In this document: positions 8,704 to 17,161 of the stretch, piece by piece | Position numbering within the stretch: position 1 is the first letter of the stretch | Layout of the letters: every line of letters starts with the position of its first letter | Position numbers and translations under genes: made by a program | Notes under the pieces: model-generated | The model's database searches: none | What the model was told of the DNA's origin: nothing | What the model saw: only the letters and a program-made list of their open reading frames with translations | From: Candidatus Saccharimonadota bacterium | GTDB taxonomy: Bacteria > Patescibacteriota > Microgenomatia > UBA1406 > GWC2-37-13 | NCBI GenBank assembly: GCA_016700135.1 | Contig: CP065004.1 | Span: forward strand, 960,001-992,000 | Direction of reading: 5' to 3' | DNA length: 32,000 nucleotides

Positions 8704-10368
8704 ATGTCACAGATGAAACAAATGTCGGTTGCAATCGGATATCCTCCTCTTTCCTCAAAAAAAGGCGTTCCCCTACTGTCTCAGAACAGGCAGTTTCAGT
8801 ATTTTAATGCTCCCACGTATATTTATCCTATGGTCCCGGCCTATGCTGCTTCCAATCTGAAAAAGCACGGATATCCCGTTTTCTGGATGGACGGCATTGC
8901 CGAAAGAAAGACTGAGACCCAATGGTTTGCGGAACTGAAAGAACATAATCCGGATATTTTCCTTCTCGAAACGAAGTCTCCCGTTGTGAAAAAACACTGG
9001 AAGATCATTGCCAAAATGAAAAAGCTGCTTCCTGACATGAAAATTGTGTTGGTCGGAGACCATCCGAGTTATGTACCTTACGAGCAGTTCGAAAACAGCA
9101 AGGTAGATTATGTCATAAAAGGTGGTGATTATGATTTTGTTTTGGTGAATCTTTTGAATCATCTTGCAAAAGGTGAAAAACTGGAAGGCGGTTTGTACTG
9201 GCGCTCTACTGATAAAAGTATTCAGGCAGACAAGAAAGAAATCCGCAAGCAGAAACTCAAAAACGGCGAAGTAATTTATAATTCAGGACCGCCGTCACTG
9301 AAGCATGACTTAAACAAACTTCCTTTCGTGGATCGGGACCTTACCAAGTGGGAGCTTTATGCCTATGCAAACGGAAATTATAAATATACTCCCGCAACAT
9401 ATATGTACAGCGGAAGGGACTGCTGGTGGAATAAATGCACGTTCTGTGTTTGGGATCATACGATAAATCCGATCGGTTCGTATCGCAGCTTGACTCCGGA
9501 ACGGCTTTTTGCCGAAGTGAAACATGTAGTTGATAATTACGGTGTAAAGGAAATTTTTGATGATGCCGGTACGATGTTTGTCGGAAATAAATTGAAAAAA
9601 TTCTGTGAGCTGATGATCGAGAGCGGCTACAACAAAAAAGTCCGATACGGATGTAATATGAGATTTAATGCCATTCCGAATCAGGAGTTGTATGACCTGA
9701 TGGGAAAAGCAGGTTTCCGGTTCATCCTGTACGGTATGGAATCCGGAAACCAAAAGACGCTGGATCGTCTGGAGAAAGGAACGAAAGAACGCGATGCGAT
9801 CATGGGGCCGGCAATGGCCAGAAAAGCCGGTCTTGATCCGCATGTGACGATCATGCTCGGTTATCCGTGGGAAAGTTACGAAGATGCGAAACGTACCATT
9901 GAGACTGCTAAATTTGCTTTAAAAAAAGGATATTATGAAACCATTCAGGCAACGATCATCATGCCGTATCCCGGCACTCCTCTGTATCGTGAATGTAAAG
10001 AAAATGACTGGCTTCTGACTGATGACTACGAACGGTTTGATATGCGTGAACCGGTGATGAAAATTCCGTTTCCGAAAGAGAAATTACTGGAGCTTGAACA
10101 GGATCTCTACTCTACTTTTATGACACCTCAGTATATCGGACGCAAACTTCTCCGGCTTCGATCGCTGCATGACGTGAAGTATTTGTTTTATATGGCATAC
10201 AAGTTCCTGGGGCATATGCTTGACTTCGATCCGAATCAGACAGAAGTAAAGTTCACATCGCTGAAGTTTTGGCAGAATACCGTCAAACGATTATTCAGTC
10301 ACTTTACTACATCAAAAACGGCTGTTGACGAGGAGAAAGAACGGATTGCGGCAAGTGTGGGAAGATGA
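8704..10368 (+). CDS. B12-binding-domain radical SAM protein (class B-like)
   Basis: The N-terminal Rossmann-like region (IFLLETKSPVVKKHWKIIAKMKKLLPDMKIVLVGDHPS) is typical of cobalamin-binding radical SAM proteins. The cluster motif is CWWNKCTFC at 9421-9447. Downstream elements FILYGMESGNQ and TIMLGYPWE fit a radical SAM core. Alternative ATGs exist at 8713 and 8722. Confidence 0.8.
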   Translation: MSQMKQMSVAIGYPPLSSKKGVPLLSQNRQFQYFNAPTYIYPMVPAYAASNLKKHGYPVFWMDGIAERKTETQWFAELKEHNPDIFLLETKSPVVKKHWKIIAKMKKLLPDMKIVLVGDHPSYVPYEQFENSKVDYVIKGGDYDFVLVNLLNHLAKGEKLEGGLYWRSTDKSIQADKKEIRKQKLKNGEVIYNSGPPSLKHDLNKLPFVDRDLTKWELYAYANGNYKYTPATYMYSGRDCWWNKCTFCVWDHTINPIGSYRSLTPERLFAEVKHVVDNYGVKEIFDDAGTMFVGNKLKKFCELMIESGYNKKVRYGCNMRFNAIPNQELYDLMGKAGFRFILYGMESGNQKTLDRLEKGTKERDAIMGPAMARKAGLDPHVTIMLGYPWESYEDAKRTIETAKFALKKGYYETIQATIIMPYPGTPLYRECKENDWLLTDDYERFDMREPVMKIPFPKEKLLELEQDLYSTFMTPQYIGRKLLRLRSLHDVKYLFYMAYKFLGHMLDFDPNQTEVKFTSLKFWQNTVKRLFSHFTTSKTAVDEEKERIAASVGR

Positions 10369-10430
10369 TTTTTCAGCTCCGAACCTCCCAAGTCGCACAA
10401 AAAATTATATTTTCGCAAGTGCTATGCATC

Positions 10431-11465
10431 TCAGTCTCCATTATTTACTTTAGCGTCCTGGCGGTTTGTTACATTTGTCATTTTCTCTCTCACATACCCC
10501 ACAATAAACCAGAAGCCGTAGGTCACATGCGTGATCGGGATGACGAGTATTGCTCCGAGTGCGATAAGAAGATTTTCCGTCCGCAGATGCGTCTCAAAAA
10601 ATACATATGCTAACAGTCCGCAGTAAAGAAAAAACGGAATTGCAGCTGTGAAAAGATACGGACTTTTCAGTATAAAAAATACAAACAAGACCGCAAGATA
10701 CAAAGTAAAAAAAGCCGGTATGACATACATGAGATGAACCGAGTTTTGATCTCCTTGAGCCGCAAATTTTCCCCTCGTTTTTCCGTAGTTTTTATGCTGT
10801 GCCAGATGACCGGAAAGTGAATCCCTCCTGTGATGAAACACCTGTACGTCAGGGTGATACAAGATAAACTTCTGTTCTTTGACTATGAATTTGTTCAATA
10901 ATTTACTGTCCTCTCCCGGCCAGTGATGATTGTCAAAACCGCCGATACTTGCAAATATTTCTTTCCGAAGCATCAGATTCATTGCCGGATAATCGTCGAC
11001 GAACCGTTTCGGTTGCGGCTGAAAACGGTACACGTATGAGCCGCTTCCTACCCAGGTCCGAAGAACAGCATCAAATATCCTCTCCCAGAATGAGACTTTT
11101 TCTGGAAGTGTCCCGGGTCCTCCCAGTGCGGCAATTTCTGGCTCCTTTTGCAGAATTTTATGTGCCTGAAACAACCATTTCTTTGAAGGATATACGTCGT
11201 CATCGATAAATGCCAACACTTCTCCCTTAGCGTGCTTCGCTGCATAATCACGTTTATCTCCGGGCCTGTTTTTGGCACCGTTAGACAAAATCCGAAGCCA
11301 GGGATACTTCTGTGTTAGTTTCTGATCATCTTGTCCCGTAATATCCGAAACAATGATTACTTCAAATGATGTAAAGGTCTGATTTCCGATTGCAGGGAGT
11401 GTTTCATCGATAAGAATGCCGGATATTTTCCTTGTCGGAATTATTATGGTAAAAAAAAGAGACAT
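10431..11465 (-). CDS. membrane-anchored glycosyltransferase family 2 (GT-A domain plus C-terminal TM helices)
   Basis: FTIIIPTRKISG...FEVIIVSD...VLAFIDDDVYP forms the GT2 core. The last roughly 90 aa are hydrophobic helices (VIPAFFTLYLAVLFVFFIL..., LLIALGAILVIPITHVTYGFWFIVGY). Confidence 0.75.
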   Translation of the reverse strand: MSLFFTIIIPTRKISGILIDETLPAIGNQTFTSFEVIIVSDITGQDDQKLTQKYPWLRILSNGAKNRPGDKRDYAAKHAKGEVLAFIDDDVYPSKKWLFQAHKILQKEPEIAALGGPGTLPEKVSFWERIFDAVLRTWVGSGSYVYRFQPQPKRFVDDYPAMNLMLRKEIFASIGGFDNHHWPGEDSKLLNKFIVKEQKFILYHPDVQVFHHRRDSLSGHLAQHKNYGKTRGKFAAQGDQNSVHLMYVIPAFFTLYLAVLFVFFILKSPYLFTAAIPFFLYCGLLAYVFFETHLRTENLLIALGAILVIPITHVTYGFWFIVGYVREKMTNVTNRQDAKVNNGD

Positions 11466-11471
11466 TCTTCT

Positions 11472-11479
11472 AGTATAAT
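11472..11479. promoter_or_regulatory. overlapping divergent -10 boxes in the 40-nt gap between the GT2 gene and the PfkB kinase gene
   Basis: The plus strand has TAGTATAAT, with TATAAT at 11474-11479 and 26 nt to the ATG at 11506. The minus strand has TATACT at 11472-11477, with 6 nt to the ATG at 11465. Confidence 0.45.
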
Positions 11480-11505
11480 GTTATTTTAATAAGCTTAAAT
11501 TCAGT

Positions 11506-12447
11506 ATGCCCGATCTTACAAAATCTTCATGCATAATTGTAACAGGATCTATAGCATATGATGATATCATGAATTTCCCCGGTTATTTCAAAGATCACTT
11601 CCATCCGGAAAAACTTCACCAAATAAATATTTCGTTCGTTGTGGACCGTCTCGACAAACATTTAGGCGGAACCGCGACAAATATTGCTTTCAATATTACA
11701 CGTATAACCGGAAAAAAAACGGTCATACTTGGCGCCATGGGGAAAGATCACAAAAACCTGACTGATTTTTATGATGAATGCGGGATTGATTATTCAGGCT
11801 GCATTATTGATAAGAAGCTGTATACCTCTACGGGAAAAGTCATGACAGACCGTGCCGATAATCAGATTTGGAGTTATTATTACGGAGCGGGAGCACGGGG
11901 AAAAGACGTCCGCTTTGAAAAATTTGCTGAAAATTCCTTTGTCATACTTTCTGCCAATCATGCCGATGCGTTTTTACATGCACAAACATATTGTATAGAA
12001 CATTCAGTCCCCTATCTCTATGATCCCGGCATGTCACTGACCTGGATTGACGATGAGAGACTTGAGCAGGGAGTCAGACATGCGGCATTTGTTGTCGGGA
12101 ATGATTATGAAATTGCTCAGATGGAGCGCAGACTTAAAAAGCAGCTTATTGACGTAGTCCCGAAAGGCTGCGGTGTTATTACCACACTCGGTGCTGAAGG
12201 AGTTATGTATCAAAGTTCATCAGAAAAACATGAGGTTAAGGCTTTTACGATAAAAGGATTTGTTGATCCGACCGGTGCCGGTGATGCCTGGCGCGGAGGT
12301 TTTGTGGCGGCTCTTGCTGAAGGAAAAACGTTGAGGGAATCACTTTCATTCGGAAACGCTTTGGCAAGCTTTGCAGTGGAATCAGTCGGTACGGCTAATC
12401 ACCGTCCGGCACATGAACAGATCGTCCAAAGGGCAGCCAGTTTATAA
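11506..12447 (+). CDS. PfkB-family sugar/nucleoside kinase (possibly adenosine kinase)
   Basis: It has LGGTATNIAFN near the N-terminus and the PfkB signature DPTGAGDAWRGGFVAAL near the C-terminus. It sits directly upstream of ahcY. Confidence 0.8.
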   Translation: MPDLTKSSCIIVTGSIAYDDIMNFPGYFKDHFHPEKLHQINISFVVDRLDKHLGGTATNIAFNITRITGKKTVILGAMGKDHKNLTDFYDECGIDYSGCIIDKKLYTSTGKVMTDRADNQIWSYYYGAGARGKDVRFEKFAENSFVILSANHADAFLHAQTYCIEHSVPYLYDPGMSLTWIDDERLEQGVRHAAFVVGNDYEIAQMERRLKKQLIDVVPKGCGVITTLGAEGVMYQSSSEKHEVKAFTIKGFVDPTGAGDAWRGGFVAALAEGKTLRESLSFGNALASFAVESVGTANHRPAHEQIVQRAASL

Positions 12448-12461
12448 ATTTCATTAACAAT

Positions 12462-13715
12462 ATGAAATACGATGTAACCGATATCGGTTTAGCAAAAGAA
12501 GGAAAAAAACGTATTGAATGGGCGGAAAAGGATATGCCCGTTCTCAGACTCATTCGTGAGCAATTTAAGAAAGAAAAGCCGCTGAAAGGAGTAAAACTTG
12601 CAGCCTGTCTCCATGTCACGTCTGAAACGGCAAATCTGATGATCACACTGAAAGAAGGCGGTGCCGATGTGTATCTGACTGCCAGTAATCCACTTTCGAC
12701 TAACGATGCCGTTGCCGCATCACTTGTCAAAGATTTTGATGTACCTACTTTTGCAAAAAAAGGCGAAGACAATAAAACCTATTACAGTCATCTGTATTCA
12801 GTCCTTGATATTTATCCGAATCAGACAATGGATGACGGAGCGGATCTTGTCGGGCTTCTTCACACCAAATACAAAAAACAGATTCCCGAAGTAATTGGGT
12901 CGACAGAAGAAACGACAACGGGCGTGATTCGGTTGAAGGCAATGGAACAAAAAGGAGATCTTAAAATACCCGTGGTGGCAGTTAATGATAATCTGACGAA
13001 ACATTTGTTTGACAACAGATACGGAACAGGTCAATCGACGATTGACGCTTTGATGAGGTCTACCAATAAACTGATAGCCGGTAGTATTTTTGTCGTTTGC
13101 GGGTACGGATGGTGCGGACGAGGTGTTGCAATGCGGGCACGCGGCATGGGAGCACAGGTTGTGATCTGTGAAGTCGATCCCGTGAAAGCTCTGGAAGCCG
13201 TGATGGACGGATATCTGGTGATGCCTCTTGAGAAAGCAATTATGAATGCGGATTTTGTGGTATCGGTCACCGGCGGCAAGCACATCGTTGATGAAAAGCA
13301 TCTCAAAAAAGCAAAAGACGGAGTCATTCTTGCTCAGGCAGGACATTTTGATATAGAAATCAATAAGGTGGCTTTGAAAAAACTGGCCAAGAAAATGACA
13401 CGAGTGAGGCCTATGGTAGATGAATATGATTTCGGGAATCGTCGTGTATATCTCGTCGGAGAAGGACGATTGGTGAATTTAGCGGCAGCTGACGGGCATC
13501 CTGCCTCAGTTATGGATATGAGTTTCGCGGGACAGTCGCTTGCTGCCAAATACATTTGGGATCATGCAAAAACACTTGAGCCAAAAGTGTATGCACTCCC
13601 CTCCTTAATCGATGAAGAGATTGCGGCATTGAAGCTGGCAAGCAAAGGAATCAGTATTGATAAACTGTCAAAAGAACAAAAGCATTATCTGAATTCATGG
13701 GAAGAAGGAACCTGA
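12462..13715 (+). CDS. ahcY: adenosylhomocysteinase (S-adenosyl-L-homocysteine hydrolase)
   Basis: MKYDVTDIGLAKEGKKRIEWAEKDMPVL..., the NAD-binding VCGYGWCGRGVAMRARGMGA, and GRLVNLAAADGHPASVMDMSF are all hallmark SAHH segments. The 417 aa length matches the short type. Confidence 0.95.
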   Translation: MKYDVTDIGLAKEGKKRIEWAEKDMPVLRLIREQFKKEKPLKGVKLAACLHVTSETANLMITLKEGGADVYLTASNPLSTNDAVAASLVKDFDVPTFAKKGEDNKTYYSHLYSVLDIYPNQTMDDGADLVGLLHTKYKKQIPEVIGSTEETTTGVIRLKAMEQKGDLKIPVVAVNDNLTKHLFDNRYGTGQSTIDALMRSTNKLIAGSIFVVCGYGWCGRGVAMRARGMGAQVVICEVDPVKALEAVMDGYLVMPLEKAIMNADFVVSVTGGKHIVDEKHLKKAKDGVILAQAGHFDIEINKVALKKLAKKMTRVRPMVDEYDFGNRRVYLVGEGRLVNLAAADGHPASVMDMSFAGQSLAAKYIWDHAKTLEPKVYALPSLIDEEIAALKLASKGISIDKLSKEQKHYLNSWEEGT

Positions 13716-13782
13716 ATATAGCTGTTAATTTGTGCTGATAGTTTATGGCTTATAGGCAATGCTGTATTGAGTGCTTATTGAG

Positions 13783-13791
13783 TGTTATAAT
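13783..13791 (+). promoter_or_regulatory. extended -10 (TGTTATAAT) 5 nt upstream of the pyk ATG
   Basis: TG at 13783-13784, TATAAT at 13786-13791, ATG at 13797. No SD is present. Confidence 0.5.
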
Positions 13792-13796
13792 ATTAC

Positions 13797-15221
13797 ATGC
13801 AAAAACTAACAAAAATCATCGCAACAATCGGTCCTTCATCTGATTCTCCACAGATGATTGAAAAGCTGATTAAGGCAGGAGTCAATGTATTCCGCTTCAA
13901 CTTCAAGCACAGTGAGGTCGAATGGCACAGCGAACGCATCGAGCGTGTAAACAAAGTGGCAAAAAAACTGGGTGTTCATGTCGGTACTCTGATTGACCTT
14001 CAGGGGCCTGAAATCCGTATTAACATGCCTGAAGACAAGATCAAAATCAAAAAAGGAGAATTGCTTCTTTTTGGTGAGGAAGTCTATAAAGGCAAAGAGA
14101 AAGGTTTTTCCATCACTCATCCACAGATAATCGAACACTTAGCAGACGGACAGCTTATTCTTGCAGACGACGGTTATTATACATTCCGCGTTGTCAAGAC
14201 AGGCAAAAAGACATACCTGAGATCCGAAACGACAGGAGTACTTCCGACCAGAAAGTCCATGAATATCCCGGGAGCAGAGTTTCCGTTTCCCGTTCTTATT
14301 GACCGGGATTTTGAGGGGCTGAAACTTGCAGCAAGACACGCAATTGATTTCATAGCTCTTTCTATGGTCCGCAGTTCAAAAGATCTTCGGACGGTCCGAC
14401 GTGAAGCTAAAAAATACGGAGTGACGGGAAAGCTTGTTGCCAAAATTGAGACTCAAAAAGCATTGGATGATATTGAAAATATCGTTGATGCCAGTGATGG
14501 TATTATGATCGCACGAGGTGATTTGGGAGTCGAAATCCCGATTGAGAGGGTCCCGTATTTTCAGAAAATGATCATCAGGCAGTGTATGGTTCAGGGAAAA
14601 TTTGTAATTACCGCGACCCAGATGCTGCAGACTATGATTGATAACCCCTTCCCCACCCGTGCTGAGATTTCAGACATTGCAAATGCCGTGTATGATCTGA
14701 CAGACTGTATCATGCTTTCAGGAGAGACCGCAAGCGGTGAGCATCCTCTGGCAGCAGTACAGGTGATGGAGAAAACTGCAACTTTTTATGAACCTAAAAC
14801 GGATGATGATATCCGAAACAAGATCATGTTCTCAGTGCGGGATACTACCGCCCTTATTTGCGATGCGGCCTATGATCTCTATAGAGATTATGTGAAAGCA
14901 AATCAGGATGTGACGGGATTCATGGTATTTACCCAAACTGGACACACTGCAACACAACTTTCCAGATATCGTCCGAAAGTACCGATATTTACTTTCACTC
15001 CTACTTCGGGAGTATGTGAGGCTCTCAGTGTGAATTTTGCCGTTGAACCTACAGTGTTCAGCTTCAAAGATACTGCTGAAGTAACTCAAAAAGAGCTCGC
15101 GCGGGCTGTGTCACTTCTCAAAAAGAACGGCCACATCAAGGAACGCCGCGGGAAGCTTATCGTAGTCCACGGTGATCAATGGGGACGCGGAGCAGGAGCT
15201 ACTACTATAAGAATAATTTAA
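13797..15221 (+). CDS. pyk: pyruvate kinase
   Basis: TKIIATIGPSS, FRFNFKHS, IAKIETQKALDDIENI, IMIARGDLGVEIP and MLSGETASGEHP are canonical PK motifs. Confidence 0.95.
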   Translation: MQKLTKIIATIGPSSDSPQMIEKLIKAGVNVFRFNFKHSEVEWHSERIERVNKVAKKLGVHVGTLIDLQGPEIRINMPEDKIKIKKGELLLFGEEVYKGKEKGFSITHPQIIEHLADGQLILADDGYYTFRVVKTGKKTYLRSETTGVLPTRKSMNIPGAEFPFPVLIDRDFEGLKLAARHAIDFIALSMVRSSKDLRTVRREAKKYGVTGKLVAKIETQKALDDIENIVDASDGIMIARGDLGVEIPIERVPYFQKMIIRQCMVQGKFVITATQMLQTMIDNPFPTRAEISDIANAVYDLTDCIMLSGETASGEHPLAAVQVMEKTATFYEPKTDDDIRNKIMFSVRDTTALICDAAYDLYRDYVKANQDVTGFMVFTQTGHTATQLSRYRPKVPIFTFTPTSGVCEALSVNFAVEPTVFSFKDTAEVTQKELARAVSLLKKNGHIKERRGKLIVVHGDQWGRGAGATTIRII

Positions 15222-15271
15222 GGATTATTCACTGTCACCTATACGTATCCTATACATATTTTTTAACCTTC

Positions 15272-15280
15272 TGGTATAAT
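15272..15280 (+). promoter_or_regulatory. extended -10 (TGGTATAAT) 10 nt upstream of the 613-aa orphan
   Basis: TG at 15272-15273, TATAAT at 15275-15280, ATG at 15291. Confidence 0.5.
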
Positions 15281-15290
15281 ATTATAGGTT

Positions 15291-17132
15291 ATGGAACAAA
15301 CCCCCTCTCATACAAAAATAATCGGTCAGATCTTTGACGAAATGACAGGTGCCTTCCAGGAGGAAGTACCTTCCATTTTTCCCCGAAAAGACGTAGATCC
15401 TTATTCAATTTATGAAGAAGGAACACGCTTGGCCGGTGTTGATGTGGTGGATTTACCAGACGGAAGACAGATTCATGTATTCAGCAGTGTTGCAGCTTCA
15501 CCTCATACGCTTTTTCGAGTCCCCTATCAGGATTACGATCTTGATGTGGAAGAAAAAAATGAAGACGGGACAGTGTCTCCCAACCAAAAACGTTTAGAAG
15601 GTTTTAAATCCGTTTTTAAGCGTCATGCTGTTGAAGCGGGATATAGATCCGCTGAACTGGAAGATACACTTGAGAATGAACCGGTTATCATTGAAAAGGA
15701 TGGCCAAAACCAAAGTCCTGAGGCGGTACCTTTGGACATGCTTGTATGGACTATGATCAAAGACACCGACGGAACTCTAAAGCCGATTGATATCAATGAT
15801 TTTGCTTCACCTCTCACAGGAGACCAGCATATCGACAAATTCAGATTACAACTACGTGACGGTAAACTTGAGGAAGTGTACGGTCATGTCATCAAACGTA
15901 TGGATTTGGCAGCAAAAACACTTCTTGAACTTTACAATACGAACGTTCGGGCAGAGATTCCGTTTTTGCCTGAAAAATTTGAGCAGGATCTTCTTCAGGG
16001 AGTGGCCATAGGTTTTTATCGCGGCGATATAACTAAAATGCTCGGGCAATTTAAATTCGACGGATTGGGTAAGGGACCGATGTCGAACTCTTCCACCCAT
16101 TTCCGCACTACAGTCCATCTCGCAATGGACACGATTGATGAATTACGACAACTTCATCACAGAATATCCATGCAGGACGTTATTGATTTTATCCGTTATA
16201 AAGATGTAAACGGCACTCTCACCCGAAGTATCCATTTTGCGGAAAATATCCATATACACGAAACCAAAGACAGCAAAATGAAACGGGCACCCGGTTATAA
16301 ATCAGAGCCTGAGCTTCTCAGAGAACTTATCCAATCTAATAATATACCGCCGATCGAGCTGTTGAAGCTCATTGATCCGTATGCCTCAATTGCGCATGAT
16401 TTGATGTCAGAATGGCTTGCGGAAAAAATCCAGACGGAGTTCGGAGACTATGAAAATACCATTGAACTGTTTGCCCATCATGCAGGTAAAAATGAGCGGG
16501 CAATACGTGCTTCTGAAGGGGTGGAACTTACGCTTGTCTCTCATGAGCCTGAAGTTCGGGAAAAGGCGCTGGCGAGGATTACGCGCATTATCGGTGAATT
16601 TTTCTCACCGATGTGGGAAGATATAAAACTGTATGTACAGGAAAAATTACTAATGTCTCCTGATGAGCAGATTGCAAAGCTGCGGGAAATACAGAATGAA
16701 TACGGTCTTCCTGATAAGGTGATTGTTGCAATACAAAGACTTCTTCCGACAGAAAAACAGATTCAAAACGTTTTTGATTCAACAACCGATGAATCGATGA
16801 AACAAACAATACGATCTATTCAGCAAAAGTATGCACGTCTGAAATCAATTCGGGAAAGTCAGTATGCAGCGTGTAAAGCAAAGATTGATGCAGGACAAGG
16901 TACAACTGAAGATTTAACAAATATGATCAGTGCTCTCCAGACACTCCAACTCTTTAATGACTGGAACGAAGGATACAATATTCCCGGCGTGCCGAGCTTC
17001 GGAATAACATTCCACAAAGATAAAGAAAACAACACTCATGTTTTGCTTGGATGGCTGCTTTCTATGAAAGGACTGGCAGAGCTTTGGCTCGGTGCAATGG
17101 TTATTCGTGAAAAGCGCGATTCAGTCTCATAA
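15291..17132 (+). CDS. hypothetical protein, 613 aa, no recognisable domain
   Basis: A long uninterrupted ORF with protein-like composition and its own extended -10 (TGGTATAAT at 15272-15280). There is no signal peptide and I recognise no catalytic motif. The C-terminus has an amphipathic/hydrophobic segment, VLLGWLLSMKGLAELWLGAMVI. Confidence 0.6.
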   Translation: MEQTPSHTKIIGQIFDEMTGAFQEEVPSIFPRKDVDPYSIYEEGTRLAGVDVVDLPDGRQIHVFSSVAASPHTLFRVPYQDYDLDVEEKNEDGTVSPNQKRLEGFKSVFKRHAVEAGYRSAELEDTLENEPVIIEKDGQNQSPEAVPLDMLVWTMIKDTDGTLKPIDINDFASPLTGDQHIDKFRLQLRDGKLEEVYGHVIKRMDLAAKTLLELYNTNVRAEIPFLPEKFEQDLLQGVAIGFYRGDITKMLGQFKFDGLGKGPMSNSSTHFRTTVHLAMDTIDELRQLHHRISMQDVIDFIRYKDVNGTLTRSIHFAENIHIHETKDSKMKRAPGYKSEPELLRELIQSNNIPPIELLKLIDPYASIAHDLMSEWLAEKIQTEFGDYENTIELFAHHAGKNERAIRASEGVELTLVSHEPEVREKALARITRIIGEFFSPMWEDIKLYVQEKLLMSPDEQIAKLREIQNEYGLPDKVIVAIQRLLPTEKQIQNVFDSTTDESMKQTIRSIQQKYARLKSIRESQYAACKAKIDAGQGTTEDLTNMISALQTLQLFNDWNEGYNIPGVPSFGITFHKDKENNTHVLLGWLLSMKGLAELWLGAMVIREKRDSVS

Positions 17133-17144
17133 TAGGCTCCGCTA

Positions 17145-17153
17145 TGTTATCAT
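17145..17153 (+). promoter_or_regulatory. extended -10-like element (TGTTATCAT) 8 nt upstream of the lepA ATG
   Basis: TG at 17145-17146, TATCAT at 17148-17153, ATG at 17162. Confidence 0.4.
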
Positions 17154-17161
17154 AAGTATCT

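Noticed and set aside
10365-10613. 82-aa plus-strand ORF overlapping the radical SAM stop codon
   Set aside because: It lies antisense to the hydrophobic C-terminal helices of the GT2 gene at 10431..11465, and its hydrophobic translation is a mirror artefact.
11466-12461. SAH or SAM riboswitch upstream of the PfkB-ahcY pair
   Set aside because: The available untranslated regions are only 40 nt (11466-11505) and 14 nt (12448-12461), too short for any known riboswitch aptamer.
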